Virus record (IMG/VR): IMGVR_UViG_3300047272_000248
Location: 1 to 44,081 of that record
DNA length: 44,081 nucleotides
Strand: one strand, 5' to 3'
Origin: a virus
Lineage: Duplodnaviria > Caudoviricetes
The translations under genes were made by a program, and so were the position numbers. The notes under the pieces are model-generated. The model was not told the origin of the DNA. It did no database searches and saw only the letters and a list, made by a program, of their open reading frames with translations. The first letter of the stretch is position 1, and every line of letters starts with the position of its first letter. Below are positions 1 through 10,445 of this stretch, in pieces.

Positions 1-174
1 TGCGGTCAGACTGCTTGAGTCGTTCAAGGATGCCTACCTCAGCCTTGAAAGCGATGTCACAGCCAAGGTCGGTGGTGACGAGAACTACATCGGCTCTGTC
101 CGACAGGAGTGGGAAAGCGTCATCGAGAACTTCAAGAACGATGTTCCTGACGGCAAACTGTCCAAGTTGTACGA
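1..174. repeat. Terminal direct repeat, left copy (circular assembly overlap)
   Basis: 1-174 is identical to 43908-44081 except G127 vs T44034; it lies inside one continuous ORF. Confidence 0.97.
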
Positions 175-3100
175 AGAGTTTATTGCTTCATACTGGAACA
201 GATTCATCGAAGACAAGCCCATCGACTACCTGCTGAAGGGCGGTGACCTTGGTCTTATTCGCAACACAATCCAGAAAGCCAAGGATTCGTATATGAATGT
301 TATGCACCAAGACCTCGTGTCTGCTGGTGCTAATTTCAAGTGGGGCAACAACCCTGACCACTTCTTCCTCGACCAGACTACGAAGCAGAGAATCAGAATC
401 CCCAAGTTGGAGCGACTGATGGAGCACTTCGTCAAGGAGGCTTCGAAGGAGATGTACTCTGGCTGGACACAGAACACCAGACAGGCTGGCACATTTGAGA
501 AGGCTTTCGCCAACCAGTTGGAGCATATGTTTGCCAGCAATGCGGACGGCTCTGTTCGTATGCTTCGTGAAGACGAGGTGGACAAGCAGGAAACCGAGGC
601 TCTGAAGGGTGCTATCGAAGAGATTGCACAACTTCCTAAGAACGAGCGTGGTATGAAAATCACAGTCGTTGGCGGTAATCGTGACGGCTCTAACTTTACC
701 TTCGCTAAGCGTAAGCCTAAGAAGAAGACGGACAAGGATAAGGACAAGGGTGGCTCTACCCCGATGCCTAAGAACCGAAAGATTGACGAGGGCTGGGATG
801 ATGTAGCCAGACAGTTGGCTGACGATGGTGAGCGTCTTCCTAGAACTGGCCTTACTCAGGAGCAGGTCAAGGAAGCGGAAAAGACTGCTCGTGAAATCGA
901 TGCTGACGATGCTGGTGGCTGGTCTACGGACAAGCGTAAGTACTTCTGGGAAAGCATCTGGAACGGCAACCCCCGCATCAAACTTACTGGAGTTGCGTCC
1001 AGCAGAGAACTGGCTGTGCTTGGCAGATACCTGCCTGACGCTACAGTCCAGCGTTTCAAGGAACTGAACTCCATCATCGAGATGTCCAGAATGGGTCAGT
1101 TCTCCCACGGAGTTTCTAACCTCCTGACGGCTGAGGTTATGACCAGACAGAAGGAGAAGGAGTCTGGCGAGAGAGTCGAAAAGGGTGACGGTCAGTACTA
1201 CTCCAAGAAGCGTAACTTCATCCCTGTTGAACTGAACCTCTACTTTGAGCGTAGCGTTGTCGGTGAAAAGGACGGAGTCATCAAGTACAAGACTGGCAAG
1301 GCTCAGTTGCTTGTTAAGACCATTGACCACGATGCACTGATTACTCGTGTCAACTATGCTTGGAATGAGTGGAACGCCAAGGATATGAACTCCAAGACTG
1401 TCAGACGGATGTTTGGCACGAAGGAGAACCTGTATGTTGCCATCAAGGATTTGCTCAGCAGATACTCCAACTCTGAAATCAAGGAGGGCGGTGCTCGTAT
1501 CTTTGAGAAGGCTGGTATCTCTTCGAAGCGTGATGCTGGTCATATGCGTGACATCGTCAACGCTGTCATCGGATTCCACCCCACAAAGGAGATGCTCAGA
1601 AAGGGCGAGTACACCAACCCTTGGCTGAACCTCCAGAGAAGACAGGACGGCAAGAAGGTCACCATCCCTACGGTTATGACCGACTTCAATGTCAGACGAG
1701 TCGGCACAGTCCGCTCTCTTGACGGTGAAGGTTTCTACTACGACCACGACAGTGCGTTCGTCCGCTCCCAGTACAACCACTCCCCCGCTAAGACTACCAG
1801 AGACCACGAGGGCAACCCGATGTCTCTGTCTGAGCGTACCATCCTTAAGAACACCCTGTACAGAAACAAGGATGGTGAGATTCTGTCGGTGTACAGCCTA
1901 GACAAGTTCAACAACGAACACAAGAGACGCTCCGTCAGTTCCGTATTTGATTATGTCGATGACTCCATCGGCAGGGCTATCGATGAGTCCTCTCCCAGAA
2001 TGAGAGGCCGATACTACTACTCTGAGAGCGGTTGGCTTCACTTCACGCCCGATATGGCTGAGGCTTCTATGCTGAGCAAAGGCTCGATGCGTACAGGCTA
2101 CATCGACACCCAGAGCCATCTGGACATCAGCCAGATGCCGTTCAACACATCCATTGCTGACGCACTGGAGTTCATCGCTACTCGTGTCAGTCAGGTTACC
2201 AAAATGAAGCCTGAACAGGTCATCGATGACTTGTCCAAACTGAGGGACATCAATGGAAACCTGATTGGTGACCGCATCGCTCGCAGTGAAAGCATCCTCG
2301 ACACCGAGACTGACATCCTAGACAACTGGCTGTTCACAAAGGAGTTCTCCGACTACTTCAAGAAGAACGGAATCCAGTCGGTTGAGTATGTTAACGAGAA
2401 CCCCATCACTGGCAATGTCTCCACGGCTGTTGCCGTCTGGGACGGTGGCAGATTCATCGAGAACACATCCAGAAGGGCTGAGGCTAACTACTTCGCCTTC
2501 TCCCCTGCCAAGAAGAAGAAGCAGGGAGACCCCATCGCCCAGAGAGTTAAGAGCATCTCTGAGGTCGTTCAGGAGAGAATCCTGAAGGCTGGTGAAGACC
2601 CGATGAAGGCGTTCCTTGAGTACGCCATCAGCGAGGACGGAACTACCATCCAGAAGAACGATAAACTCCTTACGGAAAACGAACTGGAGGACATCATCTC
2701 CAAGGAGTACGCCAAGTGGGAGGCCGTCACCAAGGGCAAGAAGGGCTTTGACGCTTTCACTGAAAAGTCCATTGACGAAATCAAGGGTCAGTTGAAGCCG
2801 TTCATCGTTCAGGCTCTCCGCTCCAAGATGCAGTTCGCTCCCACGGTGATGCTGGAGCGTATTGCCGATGTCGCTATGTCTGGCATCAGCAAGCAGACAT
2901 TCAAGCAGAAGAGCGTCACAACCGTCACTGCCGAAGGTAAGGCCAACACAAAAGACCTTATGGTTCTTAAGGACACCGTCCTTCTGAGACTGAAGAAGCA
3001 GTGGGGGGTGTCCTCCAACAAGATTGAAGAGAGCGGTATCCCTATGCTCGCCCACATCGCAGAGATGACTGAGGCTGAGTTCCAGATTGTTAAGGCTATC

Positions 3101-6100
3101 CCTGAGTACCTGACCGCCCTTAAGCAGGGCAAGGGTGTCGAGTGGGCTACGCAGAACGCTGGTCTGCTGGACGAACTGTACGGCAAGCACGGTGGCCCGA
3201 AGCGATTCCTTAAGAAGTTCGACAACAGACAGAAGGACATCTACTTCCTGATGGACAAGCAAATCACCGCTCAGGTCAATCTTGAGGGTGGTGGCATCTC
3301 TGAGATTCTTAACAACAGCAAACTGAAGCAACTGTTCGCACAGAAGACCAGAGACTTCGTCTTCGACACGCTGAAGAACAGAAGAATGAACCTCGTTCAG
3401 TCTGCTGAACTGAAGAAGACATCCCAGCGTTACAGAGACATCGACGCTGAAACGGCTGAACTAAGAGCCAAGATGCGTATGTATCAGGACAACGCAAAGG
3501 CTATCCTGACGGAAGAGTTCAATGAGAGAATCGTTGATACCCTTACAGCCCTGAACATCGATGTTAAGGCTGACAGCGATGTCGTTGAGAGAGTCAGAGC
3601 CAGCCTCTATGACCAAGCCAAGCGTGGTCTGATTAAACTTGGTACGCCTCAGGCCATCCAAGAGTCCGTCAGACTGTACTACTGGTACGAGAAGGAAGGA
3701 CAGAACGAAGGTGGCAAGAGCCGTGTCGTTGACACCAAACTCGCCATCAAGAAGGGTCTCCTTGAGGCTCTGAACGAACTGGAGCAGAAGGGTTTCGTTG
3801 GCATCTCTTGGGCTAAGAGAGACCAGCGTAACGAAATCGTTAACGGAAAGCCTCAAAAGGCTCTGTTCACCCTTACAACGGAGAACGGAAACATCCACGA
3901 AGCGTTCAATGTCTGGGACTTCGAAGGCTCTTACCACAAGATTATCGAAGAAGGTCTTACTGCCACGGAGTCCGTGCTTAGACTTCTTAACACAAGGACT
4001 GGTCAGACCGTTCTTTCTACTGTCGTTAACAAGGAGGGCTTCTTTACTCCCATCACATCCAAGGTTAACAAGACTGACGCTGTAAGAAACGCTGTCATTG
4101 GACAGTTCATCAGAGAATCCACAGTCAAGTTGAACCAACTCACACCGTCTCTGGTTCTTTCGCAGTCCAGATTCGGTAAGATTGTTGGGCCGATGAAGAA
4201 CTATGTTCTCTCCACCCATCTGGCTAAGAACAAGTTGGCTGACCCAGCCTTTATGGATGTGTTCGGCTACGACAACTGGGACTTGTATAAGAGCGGTGAT
4301 ACCTTTGTCGCATTCAGAAGATACGAAGAAGGCTCTGAAGGCGAACGCCTAGCCCTCAAGGTCAAGGAAGTCCAAGAGCAGTTGGACAAGGGTGTTGTTA
4401 GAACTTCTACAGGTAAAAAGGACAAGGATGGAAACCCTGTATACGGATACAAGAAGGCTACATTCGAAGACCAAGTCCGTCTTAGAAACCAACTGACGGA
4501 ACTCAAGGGAAGCCTGTACACAGACAGAGGTGTTGTGCTTCAGGTCGATGAGGTCGGTGATGTCAATGTCATCAAGGAAATCAACTCGCTTCAGGAGATG
4601 AACGACACGCTCCGCAAGGTGTCCAGAGGTGGCTCTGAGCGTATCGCCCTTGAGAAGTACATCGAAGAAATGTACAGAGGATTCAGACAGGAAGAAATCA
4701 AGCACAGGGAGCGTGAACAGAAGGTGCTTGCCAAGGTTCTGTCCGACAAGCCTGACGGTAACCTCGCAAAGATTAAGGCTCTTGAGGCTCAAATCAGGGA
4801 GTCTGAAACTCTGCTTAAGGCTGAGGTTGTTCGCAGACTTAACAAACTGAAGCAGGACTACAAGACGGACAAGACCGTTACTGCCACTGCGTTTGAGGCT
4901 CACCAGAGTATCATCCGTGACATCGACTCTAGCCGTAAGGCTGTCGATGCGGTCAGAGATAAGGTTCTTTCCGTACAGCACCACCTGTATGAGATGGGTG
5001 CGTTCCCTGAGTTCCAAGCGATGAACAAGCAACAGCAGGATATGTTCCTGTTGGAGACGGAGAAGTTCCAAGGCGATAACCAGCACATTATGAACGCCCT
5101 GCCGATGAACGCAGGAGAGAATGTGGCTATGTATGTACAGCGTCTCAGGGCTGAACTGATGAAGTACAACAACGAGTACGCTGTAGCCTTCAGAAGAAAC
5201 ACAGAACTTACCAACCTTGTTAATGGTGCTAGAGAAGGTTCGGCTGAGGTTAAGGCCAAGGCTAGATTCTTGGTCGAGCAGTACCTAGCCGCTAAGGGCG
5301 TTAAGTATACCAAGAAGTTCTTCGACAGCCTGTTTGAGGTTGTGAAGAAGACGGATGCTGACGGTGCTGATACTGGCATCTCTCAGACAACCCTTCGTGT
5401 GGACAAACTGAAGCAGTTGGGTACTGGCCTGAAAGAGCCTAGATACCTGCCTGACGCTGAAGGTGTCCTTGGAAAGCGTGAGAGATACGAGACCATCGAT
5501 GACCTTAGGACTGCGTTCCTTGAAGGGATGATGGATACCTCTGAGAACTGGCGTGGCCTTACTGGCAGAAAGATTGCACAGATTAACGGCCTCATCGAAC
5601 AGGCCAGAGCCATCCAAGAGAAGAAGACAAAGCCTGAGATGCCTGTCAGAAAGAAGGGTCAGTCGGTTGAGAACTTCGAACTGGAGATGGCTAAGTACGA
5701 AGAGAGACTGTCCGCTTGGAAGGGTGGTTACGCCTTCCTTCTTCCCGCAGAAAACGGAGGTCGTTCCAGCCTTGGCAACACAAGCAGAAACGCAGACAAG
5801 AGCAACCCCGACCAACCCGCATCTGAAAAGAGAACAATCATTAAAGGACGAGGCGAGTACATCAAGGCTGTCCGTGATGCCAACTATCAGGTCGCACAGA
5901 AACTGGAAGATGCCACTGGCTCTAACAAGTTCCTTCTTGAAGAAGTCCTCGCTAATGGACGCAGAAAGAATGTGGTCAGAGACAACCCTGAGTACGACTT
6001 CAGTGAACAGTTGGACGCTATCGTCCACGGAACTAAACTCAGACTGGCTGAAGAAGCGTTCGTCAAAGACCCGCTGAATAAGAACCTAATCGATGAACTG

Positions 6101-9100
6101 GACGGCAAACTCCGCAACGGTGAAATCACAGAGGCTCAGTTCATCGAAGAGATTCGTCGTGAGACTATGCTCTCCACCCTTGGTGGTGAGGGCAGAAACC
6201 TTATGGACGCTGACATCAGACTTGAGGAGGCCGAGAAGAACATCTCGATGAAGCAGTCTATCCTTGATGACCTTGCTTGGCAGGAGCAGACGAACAAGAA
6301 CGGCCTGACGGCAGAGCAGTTGCTTACAAGGGAAAGAGCCGAGCGTGAACTGAAGTCTGAGACCTCTAAGCGTGAAGCCCTGAAGAACAGAATCGAAACT
6401 ATCATCGCTGTTCAGGAGCGTGTCGAAACAAGGAATGTGATTATGTCCCTCAAGGACACGGCTGACAAGTTCACTCGTTCCATCAACGAAAAGAAGTCGT
6501 TGATTGAAATGATTGAGTACAGAATCGCTGACAACAAGGACATCCGCAACAGGTCTTACCAGCAGGAAAGCAACTGGTCTGAGTTCGAAGACCGTCAGAG
6601 AATCGCTGACCTCGAAATCGAAATCGAATCCCTTGAGAACAAGAAGAGGGACATCGATAAGCAGATTAACGACAAGGGTGGCCTTGGTATGCTTGGCACT
6701 GACAAGGAGATTAACGAACTTCAGCGTAAGCGTATGGGTCTGGCTGGTAGCAGAGACCTGTCTGCCGTGCAGGTGGCTAAGTACAGCGACCCTGCGTTTA
6801 TGGAGATTGTCGCTCGCATCCGCCAGCGTCAGCAGAATGTAGAGGCCATCAAGATTGAGAACGAACAGAGATACATCGCCAGAAAGGCACACGCTGAAGC
6901 CATTCAGGAAAGCCTTGTTAAGTTCGTTGACTCGTTCGATGAGGACGCAAAGAAACTTGGCTTCACTTCGTCCAGAATCCTCGTCACTCCTAACAACCCT
7001 AGGACACGACTTCTGTTCCAAGCCTATCCTAGCATCTCGTTCGACCTGTACGGAACTATCCATCCTCTGGACTGGTCTGGCACAGGCTACCACATCGGTA
7101 CTACCGAGCGTGGCGAACAGATTCTGAGGTTCGAATCCAGCAACGACCCTGCCTTTAAGTTGTACCAGCAGGAGAGAGAGCAAGGCCGTAAGGTGTTCTT
7201 CTTGGCTGACTATATGCACTACGCCAGACAGAGGGCGGAGTGGCACAGAACCCATCCTGACCAGCCCATCACGGCTGAGGATGCATCCCTAATCTCCTTC
7301 CTCGTACCCAAGGATGTGTACGAACTTCCTAAGTCCAAGTTGGATTCCATTGCTCCTGAAGCCATCGCTGAACAGCAGAGAATCCAAGACGGTATTATGG
7401 ATAAGTTTGGCACTGCCGACAACAGGGAGCGGTTCATCAGAGCGTTCACAGAGGATGCCCTGAGGCTTGTGTCTGGCTCTATGGATTCCAGAGCCAAGGC
7501 TTACCAGCGTATCTTCAACCTGAGTGCTGAAGAGTACAACGCCAAGGTCAAGGATATGACAGAGGTGCAGGTGAAGGAGATGCTGATGAACAGAGAAGTC
7601 ATCGAGAACGCTATGTATTGGATTAGCGGTTCTTGGATTTCGATGTCGGAAAAATCTAGCAAAAAGTACCTCAAGCAAATCGAGACCAAGGACGGCAAGA
7701 AGAAGGCTGTTCCGTTCACAACCGATAGGCTTCCCATCCAGACCCTAATCGAGATGGAAGGATTCAGAAAGGTTCTGGATGAGACGATGTCTAATTTTAC
7801 AAAAACGAGTCTCTTTGATGGTATGCCTATGGCTAAGACCGAGTACGAGGCTATGCCTAACCAGCAGAGAATGGACTTGGATATCACAACAGTACAGAGA
7901 CTGGCTCTTGAAAACGATGCGGGTATGCTCCGCTATCAGGCCAGCGTCCAGAAGGAGCGTGGAGAAAAGCCCCTGTGGTTCGGTGACAGGGTGGTCGAAG
8001 CCCAGCACACTGGCTATGACGGTGACTTCCACGAGGTCGAGAAGAACAGAGTTAACAAGATTCTGTCCACAACTCTGGCAACGGAGGCTTCCGTCCAGAG
8101 ATTCAAGGGTGAGGTTACTACCTTCACCCGCAAGAGACCGCTGGCTGTGAAGCATATGCTGTCCCTCGATGACGGCCTGAAGTTCCACAACCTGTCCTTT
8201 GACGATGCGTCCAACGATGCCTACGGAAAGAACTTCCGTGAGTCCGTTGACGGCAGATACATCATCCAGCGTCAGGAAGTCACCGCTAGAAACGGTGTTA
8301 AGTCCGAGAAGTTCAATGTCTTCTTTGTCGGTGAGAAGGTTAAGACCAAGGACGGTGCTCTCGCCTACGAGATTGACACCTCCCTCATTGGCACATTCGA
8401 CAACACGACTGACGCTCAGGTGATGGCTAGGTTCTTTGAGGACGATGTCCGCAAGGTTAAGTTCATCTCCGAGAGTGTCGAAGGTGGCAACGACCAGTTC
8501 AGCCCCCTGCGTGTGCTCGATACCATCCTTCCTAGAGCCAAGGCTGGTGTGCTTATCGACAGCCTGTCCGCCCTCCCTGCGTTCTCCAACGCTGTGGTGA
8601 TGGCTTACGACAAGAACAAGGGTAACCCCAGATACTCCAGCCAGATGAGACGGATGCTTGGCTCGTTCGGCAGGGACTTTGGTGAGCCTCAGAGACTGTC
8701 TTTTACTGCTAACGGAAAGCCTATCCAGAAGGAGATGGTCATCACTCCCAGCAAGGAAGGCATCCTTAACAAGTACTTCGACAGAACAATGTCTGACGAT
8801 GGCCTTGTCCTGTGGGTCGAGAAGGCTACCAAGGAGGCTGACGCAAAGGAGTCTCAGGTCGCTGTTCAGGATGCTACCAGCACTACATCTGATGGTGACA
8901 AGCCTATCCAGAACAAGGACACATCCAACCCTGACCTCAAAGCCCCCAGCGTGGCTGACAACATCGTGGCTAACGCCACCAGTTTCACGATTACATCAAC
9001 CGTTCAGAAGGACGGTCAGGTATACCAGCAGTGGCAGACGCTGAAGAACAAACTCAACTACCAGATTATCAGGGCGGTTGACGAGTCTGGTAAGCGTGAC

Positions 9101-9208
9101 ATCTTCAAACTGTTCAACCCCGCCAGCCTTTATATGGGTGCTTACTACAACGAGCAGGAAGCGGTTGACGAAATCGTGGAAGCCGAATTCTTGGCTAGAC
9201 GCAAATGA
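2..9208 (+). CDS. C-terminal part of a giant (~3,685 aa) virion/DNA-ejection large polyvalent protein that starts at 42058 and wraps
   Basis: Frame is open from nt 2 and joins the 42058 ORF in frame across the overlap; last gene of the ejection cluster before the holin; coiled-coil-rich. Confidence 0.85.
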   Translation, partial: AVRLLESFKDAYLSLESDVTAKVGGDENYIGSVRQEWESVIENFKNDVPDGKLSKLYEEFIASYWNRFIEDKPIDYLLKGGDLGLIRNTIQKAKDSYMNVMHQDLVSAGANFKWGNNPDHFFLDQTTKQRIRIPKLERLMEHFVKEASKEMYSGWTQNTRQAGTFEKAFANQLEHMFASNADGSVRMLREDEVDKQETEALKGAIEEIAQLPKNERGMKITVVGGNRDGSNFTFAKRKPKKKTDKDKDKGGSTPMPKNRKIDEGWDDVARQLADDGERLPRTGLTQEQVKEAEKTAREIDADDAGGWSTDKRKYFWESIWNGNPRIKLTGVASSRELAVLGRYLPDATVQRFKELNSIIEMSRMGQFSHGVSNLLTAEVMTRQKEKESGERVEKGDGQYYSKKRNFIPVELNLYFERSVVGEKDGVIKYKTGKAQLLVKTIDHDALITRVNYAWNEWNAKDMNSKTVRRMFGTKENLYVAIKDLLSRYSNSEIKEGGARIFEKAGISSKRDAGHMRDIVNAVIGFHPTKEMLRKGEYTNPWLNLQRRQDGKKVTIPTVMTDFNVRRVGTVRSLDGEGFYYDHDSAFVRSQYNHSPAKTTRDHEGNPMSLSERTILKNTLYRNKDGEILSVYSLDKFNNEHKRRSVSSVFDYVDDSIGRAIDESSPRMRGRYYYSESGWLHFTPDMAEASMLSKGSMRTGYIDTQSHLDISQMPFNTSIADALEFIATRVSQVTKMKPEQVIDDLSKLRDINGNLIGDRIARSESILDTETDILDNWLFTKEFSDYFKKNGIQSVEYVNENPITGNVSTAVAVWDGGRFIENTSRRAEANYFAFSPAKKKKQGDPIAQRVKSISEVVQERILKAGEDPMKAFLEYAISEDGTTIQKNDKLLTENELEDIISKEYAKWEAVTKGKKGFDAFTEKSIDEIKGQLKPFIVQALRSKMQFAPTVMLERIADVAMSGISKQTFKQKSVTTVTAEGKANTKDLMVLKDTVLLRLKKQWGVSSNKIEESGIPMLAHIAEMTEAEFQIVKAIPEYLTALKQGKGVEWATQNAGLLDELYGKHGGPKRFLKKFDNRQKDIYFLMDKQITAQVNLEGGGISEILNNSKLKQLFAQKTRDFVFDTLKNRRMNLVQSAELKKTSQRYRDIDAETAELRAKMRMYQDNAKAILTEEFNERIVDTLTALNIDVKADSDVVERVRASLYDQAKRGLIKLGTPQAIQESVRLYYWYEKEGQNEGGKSRVVDTKLAIKKGLLEALNELEQKGFVGISWAKRDQRNEIVNGKPQKALFTLTTENGNIHEAFNVWDFEGSYHKIIEEGLTATESVLRLLNTRTGQTVLSTVVNKEGFFTPITSKVNKTDAVRNAVIGQFIRESTVKLNQLTPSLVLSQSRFGKIVGPMKNYVLSTHLAKNKLADPAFMDVFGYDNWDLYKSGDTFVAFRRYEEGSEGERLALKVKEVQEQLDKGVVRTSTGKKDKDGNPVYGYKKATFEDQVRLRNQLTELKGSLYTDRGVVLQVDEVGDVNVIKEINSLQEMNDTLRKVSRGGSERIALEKYIEEMYRGFRQEEIKHREREQKVLAKVLSDKPDGNLAKIKALEAQIRESETLLKAEVVRRLNKLKQDYKTDKTVTATAFEAHQSIIRDIDSSRKAVDAVRDKVLSVQHHLYEMGAFPEFQAMNKQQQDMFLLETEKFQGDNQHIMNALPMNAGENVAMYVQRLRAELMKYNNEYAVAFRRNTELTNLVNGAREGSAEVKAKARFLVEQYLAAKGVKYTKKFFDSLFEVVKKTDADGADTGISQTTLRVDKLKQLGTGLKEPRYLPDAEGVLGKRERYETIDDLRTAFLEGMMDTSENWRGLTGRKIAQINGLIEQARAIQEKKTKPEMPVRKKGQSVENFELEMAKYEERLSAWKGGYAFLLPAENGGRSSLGNTSRNADKSNPDQPASEKRTIIKGRGEYIKAVRDANYQVAQKLEDATGSNKFLLEEVLANGRRKNVVRDNPEYDFSEQLDAIVHGTKLRLAEEAFVKDPLNKNLIDELDGKLRNGEITEAQFIEEIRRETMLSTLGGEGRNLMDADIRLEEAEKNISMKQSILDDLAWQEQTNKNGLTAEQLLTRERAERELKSETSKREALKNRIETIIAVQERVETRNVIMSLKDTADKFTRSINEKKSLIEMIEYRIADNKDIRNRSYQQESNWSEFEDRQRIADLEIEIESLENKKRDIDKQINDKGGLGMLGTDKEINELQRKRMGLAGSRDLSAVQVAKYSDPAFMEIVARIRQRQQNVEAIKIENEQRYIARKAHAEAIQESLVKFVDSFDEDAKKLGFTSSRILVTPNNPRTRLLFQAYPSISFDLYGTIHPLDWSGTGYHIGTTERGEQILRFESSNDPAFKLYQQEREQGRKVFFLADYMHYARQRAEWHRTHPDQPITAEDASLISFLVPKDVYELPKSKLDSIAPEAIAEQQRIQDGIMDKFGTADNRERFIRAFTEDALRLVSGSMDSRAKAYQRIFNLSAEEYNAKVKDMTEVQVKEMLMNREVIENAMYWISGSWISMSEKSSKKYLKQIETKDGKKKAVPFTTDRLPIQTLIEMEGFRKVLDETMSNFTKTSLFDGMPMAKTEYEAMPNQQRMDLDITTVQRLALENDAGMLRYQASVQKERGEKPLWFGDRVVEAQHTGYDGDFHEVEKNRVNKILSTTLATEASVQRFKGEVTTFTRKRPLAVKHMLSLDDGLKFHNLSFDDASNDAYGKNFRESVDGRYIIQRQEVTARNGVKSEKFNVFFVGEKVKTKDGALAYEIDTSLIGTFDNTTDAQVMARFFEDDVRKVKFISESVEGGNDQFSPLRVLDTILPRAKAGVLIDSLSALPAFSNAVVMAYDKNKGNPRYSSQMRRMLGSFGRDFGEPQRLSFTANGKPIQKEMVITPSKEGILNKYFDRTMSDDGLVLWVEKATKEADAKESQVAVQDATSTTSDGDKPIQNKDTSNPDLKAPSVADNIVANATSFTITSTVQKDGQVYQQWQTLKNKLNYQIIRAVDESGKRDIFKLFNPASLYMGAYYNEQEAVDEIVEAEFLARRK

Positions 9209-9525
9209 ATGATGACCAATCCCTACAGGTCGTAATCGAGGAGTTCAAGAAGACTGGCTGGGTCACAGCCATCATCGGTGCAATCGGTGCTCTAGCCAGT
9301 CTTCTACTCAGCGATGAGAAGTACCATACTGTCAGGTGGCTTAGGAAGATAATTGCTGGGGCTATCGTTGGCGTTCTTGTTTATTTCGCATTGTATAATA
9401 CAAACATCGACCCTTTTTATAAGAGCGTAATGTTCTCAATCTCTGGTGCGTTTGCGAACGACATTATGGACTGGGTGCGAACTAAATTTTTGAAAAAAGC
9501 CCTCGATGAGAAACTCAACAGTTAA
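9205..9525 (+). CDS. Putative holin (3 hydrophobic segments, basic C-terminus)
   Basis: 106 aa with GWVTAIIGAIGALASLLL, IIAGAIVGVLVYFAL and VMFSISGAFA segments; upstream of the lipoprotein gene. Confidence 0.7.
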   Translation: MNDDQSLQVVIEEFKKTGWVTAIIGAIGALASLLLSDEKYHTVRWLRKIIAGAIVGVLVYFALYNTNIDPFYKSVMFSISGAFANDIMDWVRTKFLKKALDEKLNS

Positions 9526-10129
9526 CAACAGTGTTATACTACTGACGGCTGTATTGCTGGCAGGTTGTTCGTTCTTTCAGAAGGACGAGAAACCACCTGT
9601 CGTTGTATCAAACAACAATGAAAAAGACATCTACATCACGAAGGTCGAAGAAGTCGTCTCTGAGTCTGCTTCTGCTCTCACTGCTGTCAGTCCTTCCATC
9701 CCTGATGGCCTTCCTAGAGAAGTTATCAAAGGACAAATCCAAAGACTGAGCGGTATCTCCAAGCCTACTGACGCTAAGATTAAGGAGTTCGAACGGATGC
9801 TCCGTGAGAAGGACAGGAAGGCAATCGAAGAAGATAGGGCTAGGGCATCCAAGGTAGATTCCGAAACAAATAAACTGTGGGCAGAAGTAGAGAAGAAAGA
9901 CAAGATGCTCTCAGAAGCAATCGCAGTACGAGAAGAAGCAGAAAAACGCCTAAAAGAAGAGCGTAAAACCAAACTAATCCTCCAAGCGTCTTTGGCCTGT
10001 CTAGGATTACTTGTATCTGGAGTTCTGGTAATTGCATTCTCTCCGATTCTTTTCCTGAAAAGGGCTGGTGCTGTGATGGTTATATCTTCAATACTGCTTG
10101 AAGCCCTGCTCCTCTGGTATGTATCTTGA
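9506..10129 (+). CDS. Spanin-like lipoprotein (lipobox, coiled coil, C-terminal TM helices)
   Basis: Signal VILLTAVLLAGC, charged helical middle, two hydrophobic C-terminal segments; follows the holin. Confidence 0.6.
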   Translation: MRNSTVNNSVILLTAVLLAGCSFFQKDEKPPVVVSNNNEKDIYITKVEEVVSESASALTAVSPSIPDGLPREVIKGQIQRLSGISKPTDAKIKEFERMLREKDRKAIEEDRARASKVDSETNKLWAEVEKKDKMLSEAIAVREEAEKRLKEERKTKLILQASLACLGLLVSGVLVIAFSPILFLKRAGAVMVISSILLEALLLWYVS

Positions 10130-10130
10130 C

Positions 10131-10360
10131 CGCTAGTACTAGCGTGGCAATCTGAATATGCTTGCTAGGTTTGTGCGTGGTCAGCGTTGTACCATTTGGG
10201 GCTTATAGCGAGAAAGGGTAACACCGCCACGCACATTGGCGGTAGTAGCCTTGCGAAAGAGTGCAGAGCCGTCTGCTTAGGACATTGTCCACTCCAGCAC
10301 GATGCTTGCTGGACTCAACCACCCTGCTTTCGCAGGCTATGCTTCCGCTACGCAGTCGCA
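10131..10360 (-). ncRNA. Candidate structured ncRNA downstream of tRNA-Ala
   Basis: Long stems at 10246-10339 and 10172-10235 with G-U wobbles that work only on the - strand; no credible ORF. Confidence 0.55.
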
Positions 10361-10367
10361 TAGAAAT

Positions 10368-10441
10368 TGGTGGAGCGGGGGAGAATCGAACTCCCATTGC
10401 CTCGATGCAAACGAGGTTTCCTGCCATTGAAAGAACGCCCC
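10368..10441 (-). tRNA. tRNA-Ala (UGC), CCA encoded
   Basis: GGGGCGT...CCGCTCC-A-CCA with G3:U70; anticodon arm CCTCG-TTTGCAT-CGAGG; T arm GGGAG-TTCGATT-CTCCC. Confidence 0.93.
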
Positions 10442-10445
10442 AGTA

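Noticed and set aside
1-174. Biological direct terminal repeat
   Set aside because: It falls mid-gene in a continuous ORF, so an assembly overlap of a circular or permuted genome is more likely
188-8214. Long antisense ORFs opposite the giant gene (likewise opposite the capsid, portal, DUF932 and acidic genes)
   Set aside because: Shadow frames caused by codon bias of the sense genes; no motifs
10368-10441. tmRNA, suggested by the GGGGC start and G3:U70
   Set aside because: It folds as a complete 74-nt cloverleaf with a UGC anticodon and has no tag reading frame
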